This document shows, one piece after another, positions 35,113 to 48,240 of a stretch of 64,000 bases of DNA. This stretch comes from Botryllus schlosseri. Lineage: Eukaryota. The stretch spans positions 39,124,001-39,188,000 of the forward strand of contig CM119372.1 in NCBI GenBank assembly GCA_051294905.1, given 5' to 3'. Position 1 is the stretch's first letter. The number at the start of each line of letters is the position of its first letter. The notes under the pieces are model-generated. The model did not search any database and had not been told where the DNA came from. It was given only the letters and a program-made list of their open reading frames with translations. Position numbers and translations under genes: made by a program.

Positions 35113-35714
35113 CAGGGGCGGGCAACTTGGCCAGTCGGTGGGCCGGATATAGGAAAATTAAGTACTTGGCAAGCCGGATTGCTGAATGGATACATTATTC
35201 GCGCATATATGCAAGGAATAAATCGAATTTAATGAATGTATTTTATCGACAGCAATGTCATTTCAAAGCCATTTCTCGCCGATAATGACAATACAATGTG
35301 GATTTGAGAACAGCATTGTCATACAGGTGCCGCCATGTCTGCTTCTCTCTGATCAACTAACTCACGGTGCAATCCTTAATTAAGATTTCAAAGCGTTTCA
35401 TTAGTCCGGTAACAAAAATTTACCAAGATATCAATTCATCAAGGTTGAGTACATCATAAATGCCGTTAATGCAAGTCTTCTCGCTTCGACGAACTTACGC
35501 GTAAGCTCCACTCTCACACGCTACGCAGTGCGCACACCTATATAATTACATACGCAGTCAACAAAAAATTATGCGTTTAAGCAAGTGGTGGGGTATCTCG
35601 GCTGACTGGGGCCGCGGGCCACATTATCATGTAAGACGGGAAACTGTCCGCGAGCCGGACAAAATCTCGTCGCGGGCCGCATCCGGCCCGCGGGCAGTAT
35701 GTTACCCGTCCCTT
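35113..35714. mobile_element. hAT MITE, decayed
   Basis: Ends CAGGGGCGGGCAAC / GTTACCCGTCCCTT with GCGGGCCG subterminal motifs; TSD degenerate. Confidence 0.6.
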
Positions 35715-38700
35715 TTATGAACGGTCCTAGATAACAATCTGCTGACTATCTCATTTTGCTCACGGAAGCTGTAGAGTAGACTTACACGGCACCTCACCAC
35801 CGTGGGCTAAACCTCACCAAAACAGACTCTGTAAAACTATCACCGGGAATTTGACTCGCATCATAGCTAGTTTAAGCTATTATGACATCCGAAATATCAA
35901 TAATATAGGTGCTAGAAAAGGTACTATACTTATGGTATTGAAGTATTTGAAAGTATGGAATAAGTATCAAGTATGGTATGGAACAATGTAGGTATGGTAT
36001 GGAAAATTGCAAGTATGGTATGGAGAAAGTAAGGCAAGTATAGAGTTTGGAAAATTCTCGTTCCATACCATACCATGCCCTGCTGGTAACTATTAACTGA
36101 GGCTATGCAATTACTTACGTAGTGTAGCAGTTATACGTATATGTGAGCGATACAGCGCCTTCTTGCGTGTATATTTAACTCTATATTCGTTCATCGGTTC
36201 AAAATCAATGGCCTCTCAATCTGTGTCTCAAACAGCTAGCAAAATGCAATGACGTAATCATGCCTCGTACTTCGAAAATGCAACTTGACTTGAATTGTGA
36301 CTTGACTCGTGACTTGACTTGACTTGACTCGAGTCACTTCCAAAAATCGAGTGACTTGACTTGACTCGAGTCACCTTCGGAAATCGATTGACTTGACTTG
36401 ACTCTAGTCAAAATGCGCAATGACTCGAAATGACTCGTGACTCGAAGGTAGTGACTTGATCCCAACATTGGTAATCAGCCTATACACATAATGGTATATC
36501 ACATTATATTACGTATCATATTGGTTCTATTCTAGCTGCACCTTTATTCGCAAACAGTGAAATCAGCAATAATACGATGATTGGTCGGCTGAATACGGTA
36601 ATAAAGCGATTATACAGCGGCTCTAACGATGATATAAAGTGGCATACTTCTATGCTCCCTTCGTTTTACTGATATATTGGCATCAACCCCGCGTATGCAT
36701 TTTGAAGAATGCAAAAGATCTTGGTGAAAACGCGGAGGTTGGAATTTTCTTGATATTAATATATATCGATTCGGGTTTGTCCGAGGCTGGAGACTCCTAT
36801 TATATTTTCCATGTAACATGCATAGTAAAGATTCGCACTGGCGTTTTCGCTTTGTGAATAGCAAGTTTTGGGTCACTGAAATGCATCCCACTTTGTTGTC
36901 TTCTCGAAATTCGGTGTCATTGTCAGCTACCTGATCCTAACGGTGACTAGAAACCGAAACACCACAGTCGGGTGGTTTTAATGTAGCTTATAAACGGACA
37001 AGACATGTGCCGCCTTGAAGGACTATTTAATGGCAGTATTTCTTACTGAACATCTCAACATTTGTTAGAAATGTGCTGGATAATATACGTATTTTTCAAT
37101 CTACTCAGAATTGCTTCGCGGGCCTGATGAAATCATCTGCTGGCCCGGTTGCGGCCCGTGGGCCGTATATGTTTGACACCCCTGTCGTGGGCAGTGTTTT
37201 AAAAAAAAACTGGAAGTGGGCCGTCGTCGGATACAGAGCTACAATAAATGCAATATCCCCCTGGTGTATGTATACCACCATTGTATTCGAAAATTGCCAT
37301 GAATTTAACAAATAACAACAACAACAACAACATATTGAAGCCACCAGTTGTTTTATCGTGATTTCCGTGTTCGACCAGATTAATTCCTGAGATGGAGTCA
37401 CATAACTGCCTTCGATTACGTTTCGTTTGTTATACTCAACTTTTCAATACTAATTGCATCATATTAACTACCTGCCCATATAGCCACATCCTTCGAGGCG
37501 ATCATTGTTAGATGTAATGAGCCTTGGAAATATTCCCAATCGGAATTCCTCGATATTCGATGGCCCTTAGGCGCTTCCAATTCACCACATTATTTACTTG
37601 GAAGCCTTGCTTACTACGAAGATTGCGCGTTTGAGCCGTAGAGCATGTGCGTATTCGGCATTTTATCAAGCGATGGTTTGTTTATTGATGGTGTACTAAT
37701 CGGCTTGAGTACAAGGGCGTGGGTGAATTCTTCCGCCGATAGTGGCTCCGATTCCTCCGCATTTCTGAATGAAATAATATACTCACCTGTTTTAATATTC
37801 CCTATAGTTACCGATCCTGAGATGTCCACAATTTGCATGTGAATTGAAATGATGCAGTGATCGGTTCTAACCACATTTCTGGTGAAATGGTGGAATATCT
37901 ACTAACAAGAGGGTTTGATGTAGTCGCCAAATCCAACAGTGAAAACCGGACAGAGTTAACGGACGGGGTTAGGAAACGATAAACCCATTCTGGCGGAGAT
38001 TGCGAGATTCAGCACTTACACGCCAGGACTATACAGTACGGATACTTAGCGAAAAGATTGTGTATTCCCACCGTAAGGGTAAACTAAAGTATAACCTGGC
38101 GTAACCACGTTTTCGTGATGTCGATCGAATATTTTACCGGATGTGATATCGACTGAGCATCATTTCGTTTTCCCGGTTTAATTATTGCATGGTTTGCACA
38201 GATTAACAATATCAATGGACGCTGTTGTCTCTGTATAATCGATCTTTAGCTTGGTTATTTTTTTTACTTTGCGGAACGGGCGGTTTGATTTGGTGTAAGG
38301 CATTGTTTCAAGTCTTGAGTCATGAAGTTCCTTTTTACTGCATTTGCGCCCATTGTAATTTTTAAACGTTTATTGGATTAATATGTGGTGCCTGATGTAT
38401 ATATATCGAGGCGTAATGGCGATGTACGTTCTATTCTCGTGTAACACCTTGTGGGTTTGAATCTAACTCTTTTCGTAGATTTCTGCAGTAACTAGTTTTT
38501 ATAATGGTGGCTAATGGGATATTCTATTGAATAGTTGCGCATAGTAAATTAGAAACGATATAGTAGTTCCCAAGCTAGAGCTACTCTCTACTAATCGTAA
38601 AGTTTTCGACGAAATACTATCGGTGTTTCATTGTCATATTGCATCACCTAACACAGACATCAAGATGAAAAATGTTTCAAGCGAGCTGGTAATGCCTCGC

Positions 38701-41510
38701 CTGCAATTTTGAATTTACCTCTTTTCCAATTGTAATATGTAAGCGAAACATTGAAATGTCATAAAACAACCAATTTCTATGTCAAAAGCTCCAACTTCCC
38801 AAACATCACGGCCATATTGTTTGGATTGGAAGTTCAATAAATATTGTTCAATAAACACTCCGGTGCGTCTAGGATTACATCGACTTTGACTTCAATATAA
38901 TTCGCGAATGAGGATTAAGATATCACGATGTCACATCCGTGGTACGGAAAAGTCAATAATCAAATCAATCAGGTATAGAGACAGTCTGCGATACAACCTG
39001 GAGTATACCAATAGAACATTTGTCCAGTCGCAAGCTTCAATCGAACGATATTTCGTGATTTTAAAGGCGGATGTCGGATGACTAGGGATGAGTAATAAAT
39101 TAATGCAGTAAACGAAGGTACAAGATCAAAGTAGTAAGCGTTAGTTGTTCATTTAAAAGTCCACTCAAATACATGTCGAAATAGGGATTACTAAGACATG
39201 TTAGTACTATTCCATGTGTAAGTAAAACAGGGGGTGTTGCAAGTAATCAAATCAGTGGTTTTAAATATAACCGATGAGTCTTGTTAATTTCGTTATCGGG
39301 ACATATCTTTGTGACTGACTCTCATGACTAAAAGAACCTCAAATATCTGAAATTTTGAAATTCAGTCAGCTACGTGATACAGCGGCTTTTTTGATCTGTT
39401 GCCCTGACAATTTCACGCATCGAAATTTTGCAATGAAACATATCACAAATCTACATTCCACTTTATAAAATTCCAAATGTCAAAAGCATTTAATTGTCCA
39501 TAAAAAAATTTGAAGTATAATGGGAAGTACTGTGTAAAAACAAAAGAGATCACGAAATCATAAACATATATGTCGGCGCATATTCACCAAAAATGCATTT
39601 GGCGAATGAATGTATCAGAGAGAATATAAAAAAAAACAATCGCCAATACGGACGGACAATATTCACTATCGAAAGATAGTGGCTCCAAACCTGTAGTTTG
39701 CCTTTATTCTGGGGTTTGCGAAGATGTTGAACGTAATCAGCTTCCGAAATAGGCCGTGAGTAGGTCTGGGCAAATGTGCCGACCATTAATTAGTAATCAG
39801 CTTACGAAATTTGGAGCTGGGCAAGTGCAAATTGGAAATGGAGTCGCGACCATAAAGGTTAGAAACCCCCGAATTTGCGGTGTTTATATACCTCAGTGGT
39901 GGTAAATAATCTGTGATAAATAATCTTGTCGGTGTGGACATGAACATGACTTAACGATATAAAATTGCACTCCTTGCATTTTCGAAATCATCATCCACCA
40001 CCAGTTTCACCGCTAACTCTTATCATGTGGGCGGAGAGAGGATCATAACAGTGACGTGCGGTCCAATGAGGCAGGTGAGGCAATGCCTCACCTGTCGTCT
40101 GGATGAGTAAGTGAAAATTGTGAAACCCCTCCATGAGTCGATGATTATATTGATGTTACACATCCACGTTCATAAATAACTAAATTTGAACATCTTTTTC
40201 ATCCAACATCATCAATTTACATAATTATCATCAAAAATACACCGCGAAAAGAGAGGTGAGGCACAGGTGAGGCACGGGCGGGTCGTGCCTCATCTGCAAC
40301 AATGCAATTGATGATATATAGCACGGAATTCTTAATAACTGGTATCAATGAAACGCTATGGTCACACTGATTCCGGAAATCTAAATATTAACAGTGTCAG
40401 GGCACCAGAACCCCCAAAAATCGCCAAGGAAGGTGACCTTCGCCTTTATTACAGAAAATGCCATCGTAAAGAAACAATGGCTAGGTGAGGCACAAACGAA
40501 TCTGCTTCATGCACTATTCGCTAACAATCGGACAATCGAAACATTTTGAAACGCGCTATCGATTTCGGAATCCAACAGTCTTGTAGAAATTATATAAGAA
40601 GCGACGGCCAATGCGTAATGCGAAGCTAATACATCCCCTTACTTATGTAGCTGTTATGTATTTGCATCCATAGCTACGTTAAATTGTGGTATGTGATAGC
40701 TACTTGCATAGGTTTCATTGTCGTTGTTCGTGTCCTTTAAGGCTGCTGCACACTGGCTCTCGCGACACGACAAAACGAGAGAATCGCGCCGGTCTGTGAC
40801 AAAACCATGCACACCGCGTCGCCAGACTACGCAACAAAGCATCGGCGAGTGGGCTGCGCAACTCGCCGACAAAGTTGAAAATTTTCAACTTTGTCGTGAG
40901 TTGCGCTGCTCCGTGCTCATTCGTGGTAGCGTCGGAACGTGAGATCTCTAGTCGAGGTCGCCATTGCGTAGTATTTTCAGGTGTATTAGTTGAAGAATTT
41001 TCCTCATACTGCGGTGAAGGCTATGTAATAGTGCTATTATTATGTCAATGGTAACAGTAGCGGCATAGTCGTGTACCGGCTGTATATAGCTCAAAAGCTC
41101 TGTGTTGTTGCTGTTGTATTATTATTACCGGTAGTGTAGGTCTGAAGCGCTGTACCATTATATTAATATTTGACGTTTGATATCACGGATCGGTGCAGAA
41201 TGCACAGAGATTAGGGTCTTTAAAACTCCTATAATTTCATGCTAATCAAATGTAGCTCAATTCATCACGAGCCAATATCACCCGTCTGCTTAACAATCTA
41301 TATTGGTGTAAATTGAAGAATTCGCAGATAGTAGTTCAAACCTAACGAATTAAGCTTCATAATGGATCTCAGGCGAAAAAGAGTTTTGAATACCACTCTG
41401 AAGGCCTGTGTTGCGTATAGTCTCTTCGAAGAGTTTTTCCGAGTGTCGACAGGTCTCTGAAGTTGCCATATCCCTCTATCATTTTGTAAGTAAATCCATT
41501 TAAAATGCAG

Positions 41511-42732
41511 GTCGTATTGGACACATGAGCTCTGGACGGAACGGGACATGAAGTCTGAGTTTCTCCTGGCCGAGAATTTACTCTCTAGTGATGGTGACCC
41601 AGAAATGTGTCATAGATACTTCCGAATGTCTAAGGAGCAATTTCATGGATTATTGGACATGGTCGAGGAGGCAATTACTCACCAGGATACTAATTTTCGA
41701 AAAGCAGTTTCTCCACAAAGAAGACTGATTTTGACGTTGAGGTTAGCTAGAACATTAGATGCATTACAGAGATGTGTAATCTAAGATTGCATTTACAGAT
41801 TCTTAATAACCGGCGCTAGTCAGCAGGATTTGTCATTCTCATTTCGTCTTGGCCACACCACTGTCGGCACAATAATTGATGAATGTTGTCGAGCGATTTG
41901 GAAAAACCTGTTACCAGAGGTGCTTGTTCCACCATCAACCCAGAAGTGGCTTGATATAGCCAATGAGTTTTCCAACACCTGGCAATGTCCAAATTGCATT
42001 GGAGCTATGGATGGCAAGCATATCAGGCTTAGGGCTCCTATCGGCTCTGGTAGCGAGTACTATAATTACAAAGGGTATTTTTCTCTCGTCCTTCTCGCTG
42101 TATGCGATGCCAAATATCGTTTTGTTCTGGTGAGCATTGGGGACTCTGGACGTCACAGTGATGGTGGAGTCTTCAGTAATTCCACTATGGGTCGAAAATT
42201 CATGAGTGGTTCTCTGGCTATTCCAGAACCAACCTATCTTCCATCGACAAATAGGGTGATGCCATATTTTTTTGCATGCGATGATGCATTTCCTTTGAAA
42301 ATTGGAATGCTCAAACCATACCCAGGTCAATTTCTCGAAAGAAGTATGAGAATCTTCAATTATAGACTAAGCAGAGCAAGGAGGGTTGTTGAAAATGCCT
42401 TTGGACTACTGGCTGTTCGGTTTCAAATTTTCTACCGCCCCATCAACTGTGACATTGAGAAGGCTAAAGTAATTGTGCAAGCTGCTGTAGTCCTGCACAA
42501 TTATATCCAAGGATATTGTGAAACCAATATTAACCCGGCTGGTATACACGGTGATACTGTTGACCCCGACGGAAGTGTAGTTGATGGAAGCTGGCGTTCT
42601 GTGTTACCAAGGGCCGTCAACTTGAGACCTTTGGATTCCTTTGGCTCAAATAATTACACAAGGGAAGCTAATTATTATAGGAATTCGTTGATGCAGTATT
42701 TTGTTACAGTTGGCGCTGTCCCATGGCAGTGA
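41511..42732 (+). CDS. Harbinger DDE transposase (HARBI1-like nuclease); intron 41742-41798; possible upstream exon from ATG 41362
   Basis: RYFRMSKEQF, TNFRKAVSP..RLILTLR|FLITG across a GT-AG intron, CIGAMDGKH, YYNYKGYFS, GRHSDGGVF, CDDAFP, FNYRLSRARRVVENAFG, VVLHNY. Confidence 0.92.
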
Positions 42733-42926
42733 AAGTGAGGATTTAATTTGAGCATGGATTGTTCGAACATTGAGTGTGAATGTCGAGAAAACTATGAGAA
42801 TTTGAGAACAATTGCATTGTTTCCAGAATTTGTTTGCATAGTGATTATTTGATTGTGTTTTGTGCATGTTTTCTTTTTCAGTCCAGTTGTATTTCCAAAC
42901 ATATCGTAAATTCTGTACATTATTGA

Positions 42927-44019
42927 ATGATGGAATATGAATTCAATCGTCGCTTGATTGATCTGGTGTCACAGGACACGTCAATCTGGGATACCAGTCT
43001 CAAGCAGCACAAAGATAAAAGTGTTACTGAATGTGCCTGGAGAGATATCTCTTCTCATCTGCTTGTGTCCCGTAAGTTTGATTCTGGACTGTCTTCATCA
43101 GGCCATTGCATTATCCCCATTTGTAATTTACCATTTAAGCTGATAGGTGCCAGCGTCGCTGGACCAGCTTGCGGACTCAATACTCGAGGAAACACAAAAA
43201 GCGCAGTGAGGTGCCGAGTGGAAGTGCAGCATCAGTGCCAGAGCATTGGGTATATTATACTCAAATGTCATTTCTGGATCAAGTTGTGAGACACAAGAGG
43301 TAATGCAGCATAATATTTTTGCACTGAAAAAAGTGAGATTGGTAAATTTGTGTAATATTTGTTTTCTAGCACCGTCGACAACTTCGTTTTTGCGGAGGAT
43401 AATGCTGACGTCAGCGTGTACCTTTCCAGTGATGGTGATGTTCGGTGTAAATATTTAACCACATCTTGCGTTTTTCAATTCATATTCTTTCAGATGGAGA
43501 TGTAGATGTAGTGCAGCCAGATATTAGTGCTGAGAGTTCTTTGCGCAAAGACAATAATTCCAGAAAGCGAGCATATCGTGGCACTGAGAAGACCAGAGTT
43601 CAAGTGATGTTTCAGTTTCAATTATAGTATAGGCCTTCTAGGATTAATGTACATCAATGTGAGGTTTCTATTCGGCTGAGAGCGAAGCAGACTAGGGCCT
43701 AGGGGATCTATGCAACTTTATAGAGGATTTTTAGACAATTACCATGGCTCAGGGGTTGTTATGAATAGTTTGCTGACTTTTTTTTTTATCAGTGTTAGGA
43801 TATAAAGATGTAATTTTTCTGGCTTCGGCACATAACCAGTAACTTTTATATATTCAGGAGGAAATGGTGAAGCTTCTACAGAAGTCAACGGAAGAGGTTG
43901 GCAAGTTGCAGGATCAGTACAGCAGCTTCGGAGATTTCATCTCCGACCAGCTGCGGTCAATGCCGATTGATGAAGCAAAATCAAAAATGAAATTGATTTC
44001 TGAAATCATTTTCCAGTAG
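42927..44019 (+). CDS. Harbinger DNA-binding protein (MADF/Myb-like N-terminus, BESS-like C-terminus), ~5 exons
   Basis: Exons ~42927-43071, 43140-43299, 43370-~43434, 43494-~43603, 43858-44019 with GT-AG introns in compatible phases; LIDLV...IWD...AWRDIS, RRWTSLRTQYSR, PSGSAA..HWVYYTQMSFL, SSFGDFISDQLRSMP. Confidence 0.8.
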
Positions 44020-45654
44020 GAGACAAATAAATGTTGTTGATATTTCGTTGTACGATCCAAATCATTTATAGGCCTACAAATTTTACGGGGTCTTTTGCGA
44101 CTTACAGAGTGTATAGTGGTTATATTTACAGAGACTGCCACATATCTCTAAAAGGTACAGAGAAGCTAGTTGACGTTTTTCCAATGATAAACGAAGAGAA
44201 ATATCTCGTTTCCAGGTGCCGTAGGTGGTTAGTTGATGTAGTACATACATATTACATAGCATTATTATTTGTGAATAATCCATCCTGCTTCGACCGCTGG
44301 CTGCCACTAGAGAGCTCCCGCAACACAGGTGTGCATCTCTACGCCACTGCCACGATCGAGTTCGTGACATGATCGGGGAATCACCTGTTTTAGTCGTGTC
44401 GCGAAGCCAGTGTGCAGCAGCCTTTATGCTGTGTTCAACTGCAATCCCTTTAACCCCTCATTGTGGTATGTGATAGGCATATAGGCTACCTACAAAGCCT
44501 GCGTTGTTGTTTGTGGTCAGTTGTGCCACTCCTAAACACTGGATCTAGTGTATTTTGACTTGACCTAGTGCATTTTCTTTCGAAATTCGGCAAATCTAGT
44601 GTTTTTTCACTGAAAAAATGTAACTGAGGATGCTTTGTTGATGTTCTTCGAATAATTTATGCCGGAAGGCCTACTTGAAGAGATAGGAATTATTATTTGT
44701 CTAAACTTGCCCATTTAGCACAATAGGACCAGTCCTACATGTATCATAGAATGTGGAATTGCAACGGCTATCAGTGTGCAAAGAAAATGCTCTCTGTAGT
44801 CTATACCCGCTGTTGTTGTCATTCACATTTCAGGTATCTTTATCAGGTGCCTTACGTGCTTGAGGGCGTGTTGTGTGTGTACGTGGGGGGGGGGGGCGTC
44901 ACCAGCCATGAACCTCACCGCACGCCACTGGATCATCATTATACAGCAATGTGTACTGAAAGAACCAATTTTATTGACATAATTCATTCAAATCATTTAA
45001 CGTCAAGATGCATATACTAAGCCCCCAGAAGTTTCATCGATTACCGTATACGTTGGGCCCAAAATCAGTGTTTATTAATATAATAATGTACACGATACCC
45101 CGATAAAGAGTGACGACTCAGGACACATTATGTCACAATGCTGAAGTAGGCCTACATGCTGACGTTTTAAACGTAACCAAATGTATAAACTGGATCAATC
45201 AAATGATATAATATTCCCATAAAGTCAATATCTTTCGTCGCTTTGCTGATGTCCAAACGGTCTATGCCGGACCGGACAATATATCCAGCGCCTGACTATT
45301 GCTACATTGATATATAGCTGAGTATAAAATGGGTTTCTACACTTGTGTCCGATATTACCATAATATTTAGTTATACAGTACAAAAGAAGTCACATTTGTG
45401 AGATTGGCAAGGTGCATGCTCGTTTAGGGTTGATTTTTCATGCTGCCCGAGCCAAGCATATAGTGGCCAAAAGTTGAAATGCAGTGAATATGAGCGAAAT
45501 ATATGTATATAATGACGTGCAAAATTGTGATTTATAAATAAGGTTCCCAATGCAGAATCTACTAAGGTTCGTCTATGAACGTGAACCTCTGAATTTCTGA
45601 GGTTCACGCACAGAACGTGAACGTGATCCCCACGTTCACGTCATCCGAGGCTGA

Positions 45655-45900
45655 GGGTTCGAGTCCGACCGTGGTCCCCTTCAGAATTCCTACCTAAGTG
45701 TTGGAGGTCTGTTTATGGCTCCTCCTAGCCATCTGATCCATGCAAGCGTTGTTTTAAAAAGCCCAGAAGTGGGCCGCGCTATAAGTCGGTACGTACGAAA
45801 TGATAATGAAGAATGTCGGCCTGGTATAAATGACCAATTTAGTCTAAACTCGATGAATATGAAACACAACAACAACAACAACAACAGATGCGAACAGCAG
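45655..45900 (+). mobile_element. tRNA-derived SINE copy with (CAA)n tail
   Basis: B box GGGTTCGAGTCC, shared SINE body, aacaacaacaac tail. Confidence 0.75.
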
Positions 45901-46419
45901 AGGATAATGATGCGAATTATATAATAAATATACACTTGTTATCATGTGCTCCTCACCAACTTGAGTTGTTTGTGGTAGGCTATGCTTGAGCGATTCCAAT
46001 ATCTTTCCGTTATAACGACAATCCTGATGGGCGGTCAAGAAATAACAGCATGCAAAATAGTGACACAGTTTAGGCAGCAGTCATTTTCCTTAGAATGCTA
46101 CCGTATTCGAACTTCGCCTGGAAGGATTTAAATCTATGCACCATAACACAGGTACAATATCAATGCGTCTTAACCCAATGCGACACCGCGTGTGTTAAGA
46201 TGCATATTTTGAAAATCCCTCAGCTGCAGTTCGAATACAGTGGCTTTCTAAATAAAACGGCTTCAATGATTTAACTTCAACTTCAAGTTTTTTTTAATTA
46301 AAGGGCATTCCACGTATCATGAATGAACATGAATGCTGAATAGCTTGAGATTGTTGCTACTTACGTCGCTACGGTTGTCCAAGAACACCTTTCTACCGAA
46401 GCAATTACATGTTTAAAAT

Positions 46420-46583
46420 TAATTGTAATTGTAATTGTAATTGGATATTTGTAGCATTGAGTAATTGTAATTGTAATTGTAATTGGATATTTTTAGCATT
46501 GAGTAATTGTAATTGTATTGTAATTGAAACATGCAAGTTGGTAATTGTACTTGAACTCAATTATTGTAATTGATCCAACTCTG
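46420..46583. repeat. (AATTGT)n-armed MITE fragment
   Basis: Tandem gtaatt units with an internal duplication, ending GATCCAACTCTG. Confidence 0.6.
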
Positions 46584-46590
46584 GTTAGTA

Positions 46591-46820
46591 CCATTGGATG
46601 TAATGCGTCTTCAAAAACGATGCAAAACAAATTTGACTTAATTCCAACCCGTAGAAGCGGGGTTATTTGAGCTTTTCGTTGATAAATCTCGGATTACTCT
46701 TGATTGGTGTATAATCCAAGAATTATCAACGAAAAACTCGAATAACTACGCTTCTACTAATCGGAATTCAGTCAAATTTGTTTTGCATAGAGTTTGAAAA
46801 CAACTCAACAATTTCAATGG
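46591..46820. repeat. Imperfect ~230-bp palindrome
   Basis: ATGCAAAACAAATTTGACT..GTAGAAGCG..TTTTCGTTGATAA mirrored by TTATCAACGAAAA..CGCTTCTAC..AGTCAAATTTGTTTTGCAT. Confidence 0.8.
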
Positions 46821-47025
46821 GTTAACAGAAAAATTTGATTTTTCTTTTCAATTTTCCCAATAAATTAAATTTTTTAATTGGATCTGCGGAGTTTTATACT
46901 CGTTGGAATTGAACTAAATTTGATGTGAAACGTTTTTAAGGGTAACCTGACAATTTAATCAGTGGATGGCTGGAATCCGGAAAAAAAGTTGATTTTGAAC
47001 AGCCTTAATGCACATGGGTCTATTC

Positions 47026-48240
47026 CAGGAGTTCTGAGGCCTTTCTTGGCCGTGGCCCATTTTCCGGTTATTAAATGTGCTGTGACACACCTGATATCTT
47101 GGAGTCATAATCCTGTTTGATGCGTGGTCGTGGACAGCGCCGATATGCCTATTTCTCTAAAATATGCGCATTTTTCTCTAATTGATGATATATAAATCTC
47201 GATCTCCCGGGATATGAAATCGCGCCAAGCGCGAAAAAAATTTAAAGTTGAATAGATATCCCCCAATAAACGACCAACGAAATAATCTCGGGCCCCTTCG
47301 AGCTTCCCCTATTGGGGGTGTGGGTGCGGCAGTTACGGCCCTGGTAGATCATTTGCTAAAACTCCTAAGTAGATTATTTTCGTGAGCTGCTCCATTCACG
47401 TTGCGGAACACAATGATGAGATCCCCGCACTGTGTGATCGGGACTTTAGTGATACTATTGTGGGGAATATTATAATCATTCTGGGCCAGCATCGAACAAT
47501 TCATTGGTGAATGGGGTACTACAGAGAAGTAGAGAAAGATTTTTCAATATGCATGATGTAGGATACTTTGTATGTCTTGTACCAAAACAACTGAAGTTGC
47601 GATGTCAGAATATTGAATTCAATGATACAATCAATTCCTATGACTCTTTCATTATGTACAATGATTTCCAGGCCGGATATTTTAAACCGACTTCAAAGAT
47701 TAATGCGCTCCGTTAAATCCTCAGTCCATTAAGATTCGTTGCGGTGGTGCAGTATACCTCCGCCAAAAGTTGCTAATAATTTGCAATTATGGCTATTTTA
47801 GCTTGCAATAATACGGCCTGCCGAAGTACAGTAAATCTGTACATCAATCGCACTTCATTGCGAGTTCATTGCATACCCTTTTCAACGGCATACGACATAT
47901 GACCCTGCCGGAATACTTGCTACTTCAGTATTATCTTCCAGTTATCATAAGCTTGAAATTATTTTAGTTGCTGTTAGCCGCAGGTTGTCATAGCCAGTAG
48001 AAAAAACCACCGTTTCTCCCTAACGTTTTCGATTTGTACATACTGATTTCATACGTGCCACTACGTCTAATCAGAGTCGGATGAAAAGCTTTATGTGGCC
48101 TACGTATAATTAGATAATACGAATATATTTTAGCGAATAACATAAGAAATATAACTGAACTTACATTAATTCTGAAATTTTCTAAATAGCTTCGTGGCCC
48201 ACCTCAAAATGCTCTGTGGCCCACCCTTTGAGAACCCCTG
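47026..48240. mobile_element. hAT MITE
   Basis: Ends CAGGAGTTCT / AGAACCCCTG; exact TSD GTCTATTC. Confidence 0.8.

Larger units (their letters stand above)
28494..36082. mobile_element. (ATGGT)n-armed MITE with nested insertions
   Basis: TIR CAGGGCATGGTATGGTATGG / CCATACCATACCATGCCCTG; exact TSD CTGGTAAC. Confidence 0.9.
19157..36470. mobile_element. GACTT/GACTCGAGTC-repeat MITE expanded to 17.3 kb by nested insertions
   Basis: Ends CAGTGTTGGGAT / ATCCCAACATTG; TSD GTAACCAG/GTAATCAG; pieces 19157-19444, 20731-20829, 28276-28493 and 36083-36470 reassemble into the 938-bp copy at 62036-62973. Confidence 0.9.
19019..37184. mobile_element. hAT MITE forming the outer shell of the nest (inserted in a SINE)
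   Basis: Ends CAGGGGTATCAAAC / GTTTGACACCCCTG; 19019-19156 joined to 36479-36620 matches the uninterrupted copy from 57459; flanks (gtgtaggc/tcgtgggc, degenerate TSD) continue SINE sequence on both sides. Confidence 0.7.
40740..44423 (+). mobile_element. PIF/Harbinger DNA transposon, full-length, two genes
   Basis: TIR AGGCTGCTGCACACTGGCT..CGCGACACGAC and its reverse complement; 3-bp TSD TTA on both sides. Confidence 0.95.
40049..44930. mobile_element. hAT-type MITE (GGTGAGGCA repeats) hosting the Harbinger element
   Basis: Ends CAGTGACGTGCGGT / ACCGCACGCCACTG; TSD GATCATAA/GATCATCA. Confidence 0.8.

Noticed and set aside
41511..44019. Domesticated HARBI1/NAIF1-type host genes
   Set aside because: Flanked by intact TIRs and a TTA TSD and nested inside a MITE, so a transposon copy
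46020..46050. Hammerhead-like CTGATGG...GAAA (also ~30822)
   Set aside because: Lacks A9 and recognisable stems I and III; part of a dispersed repeat
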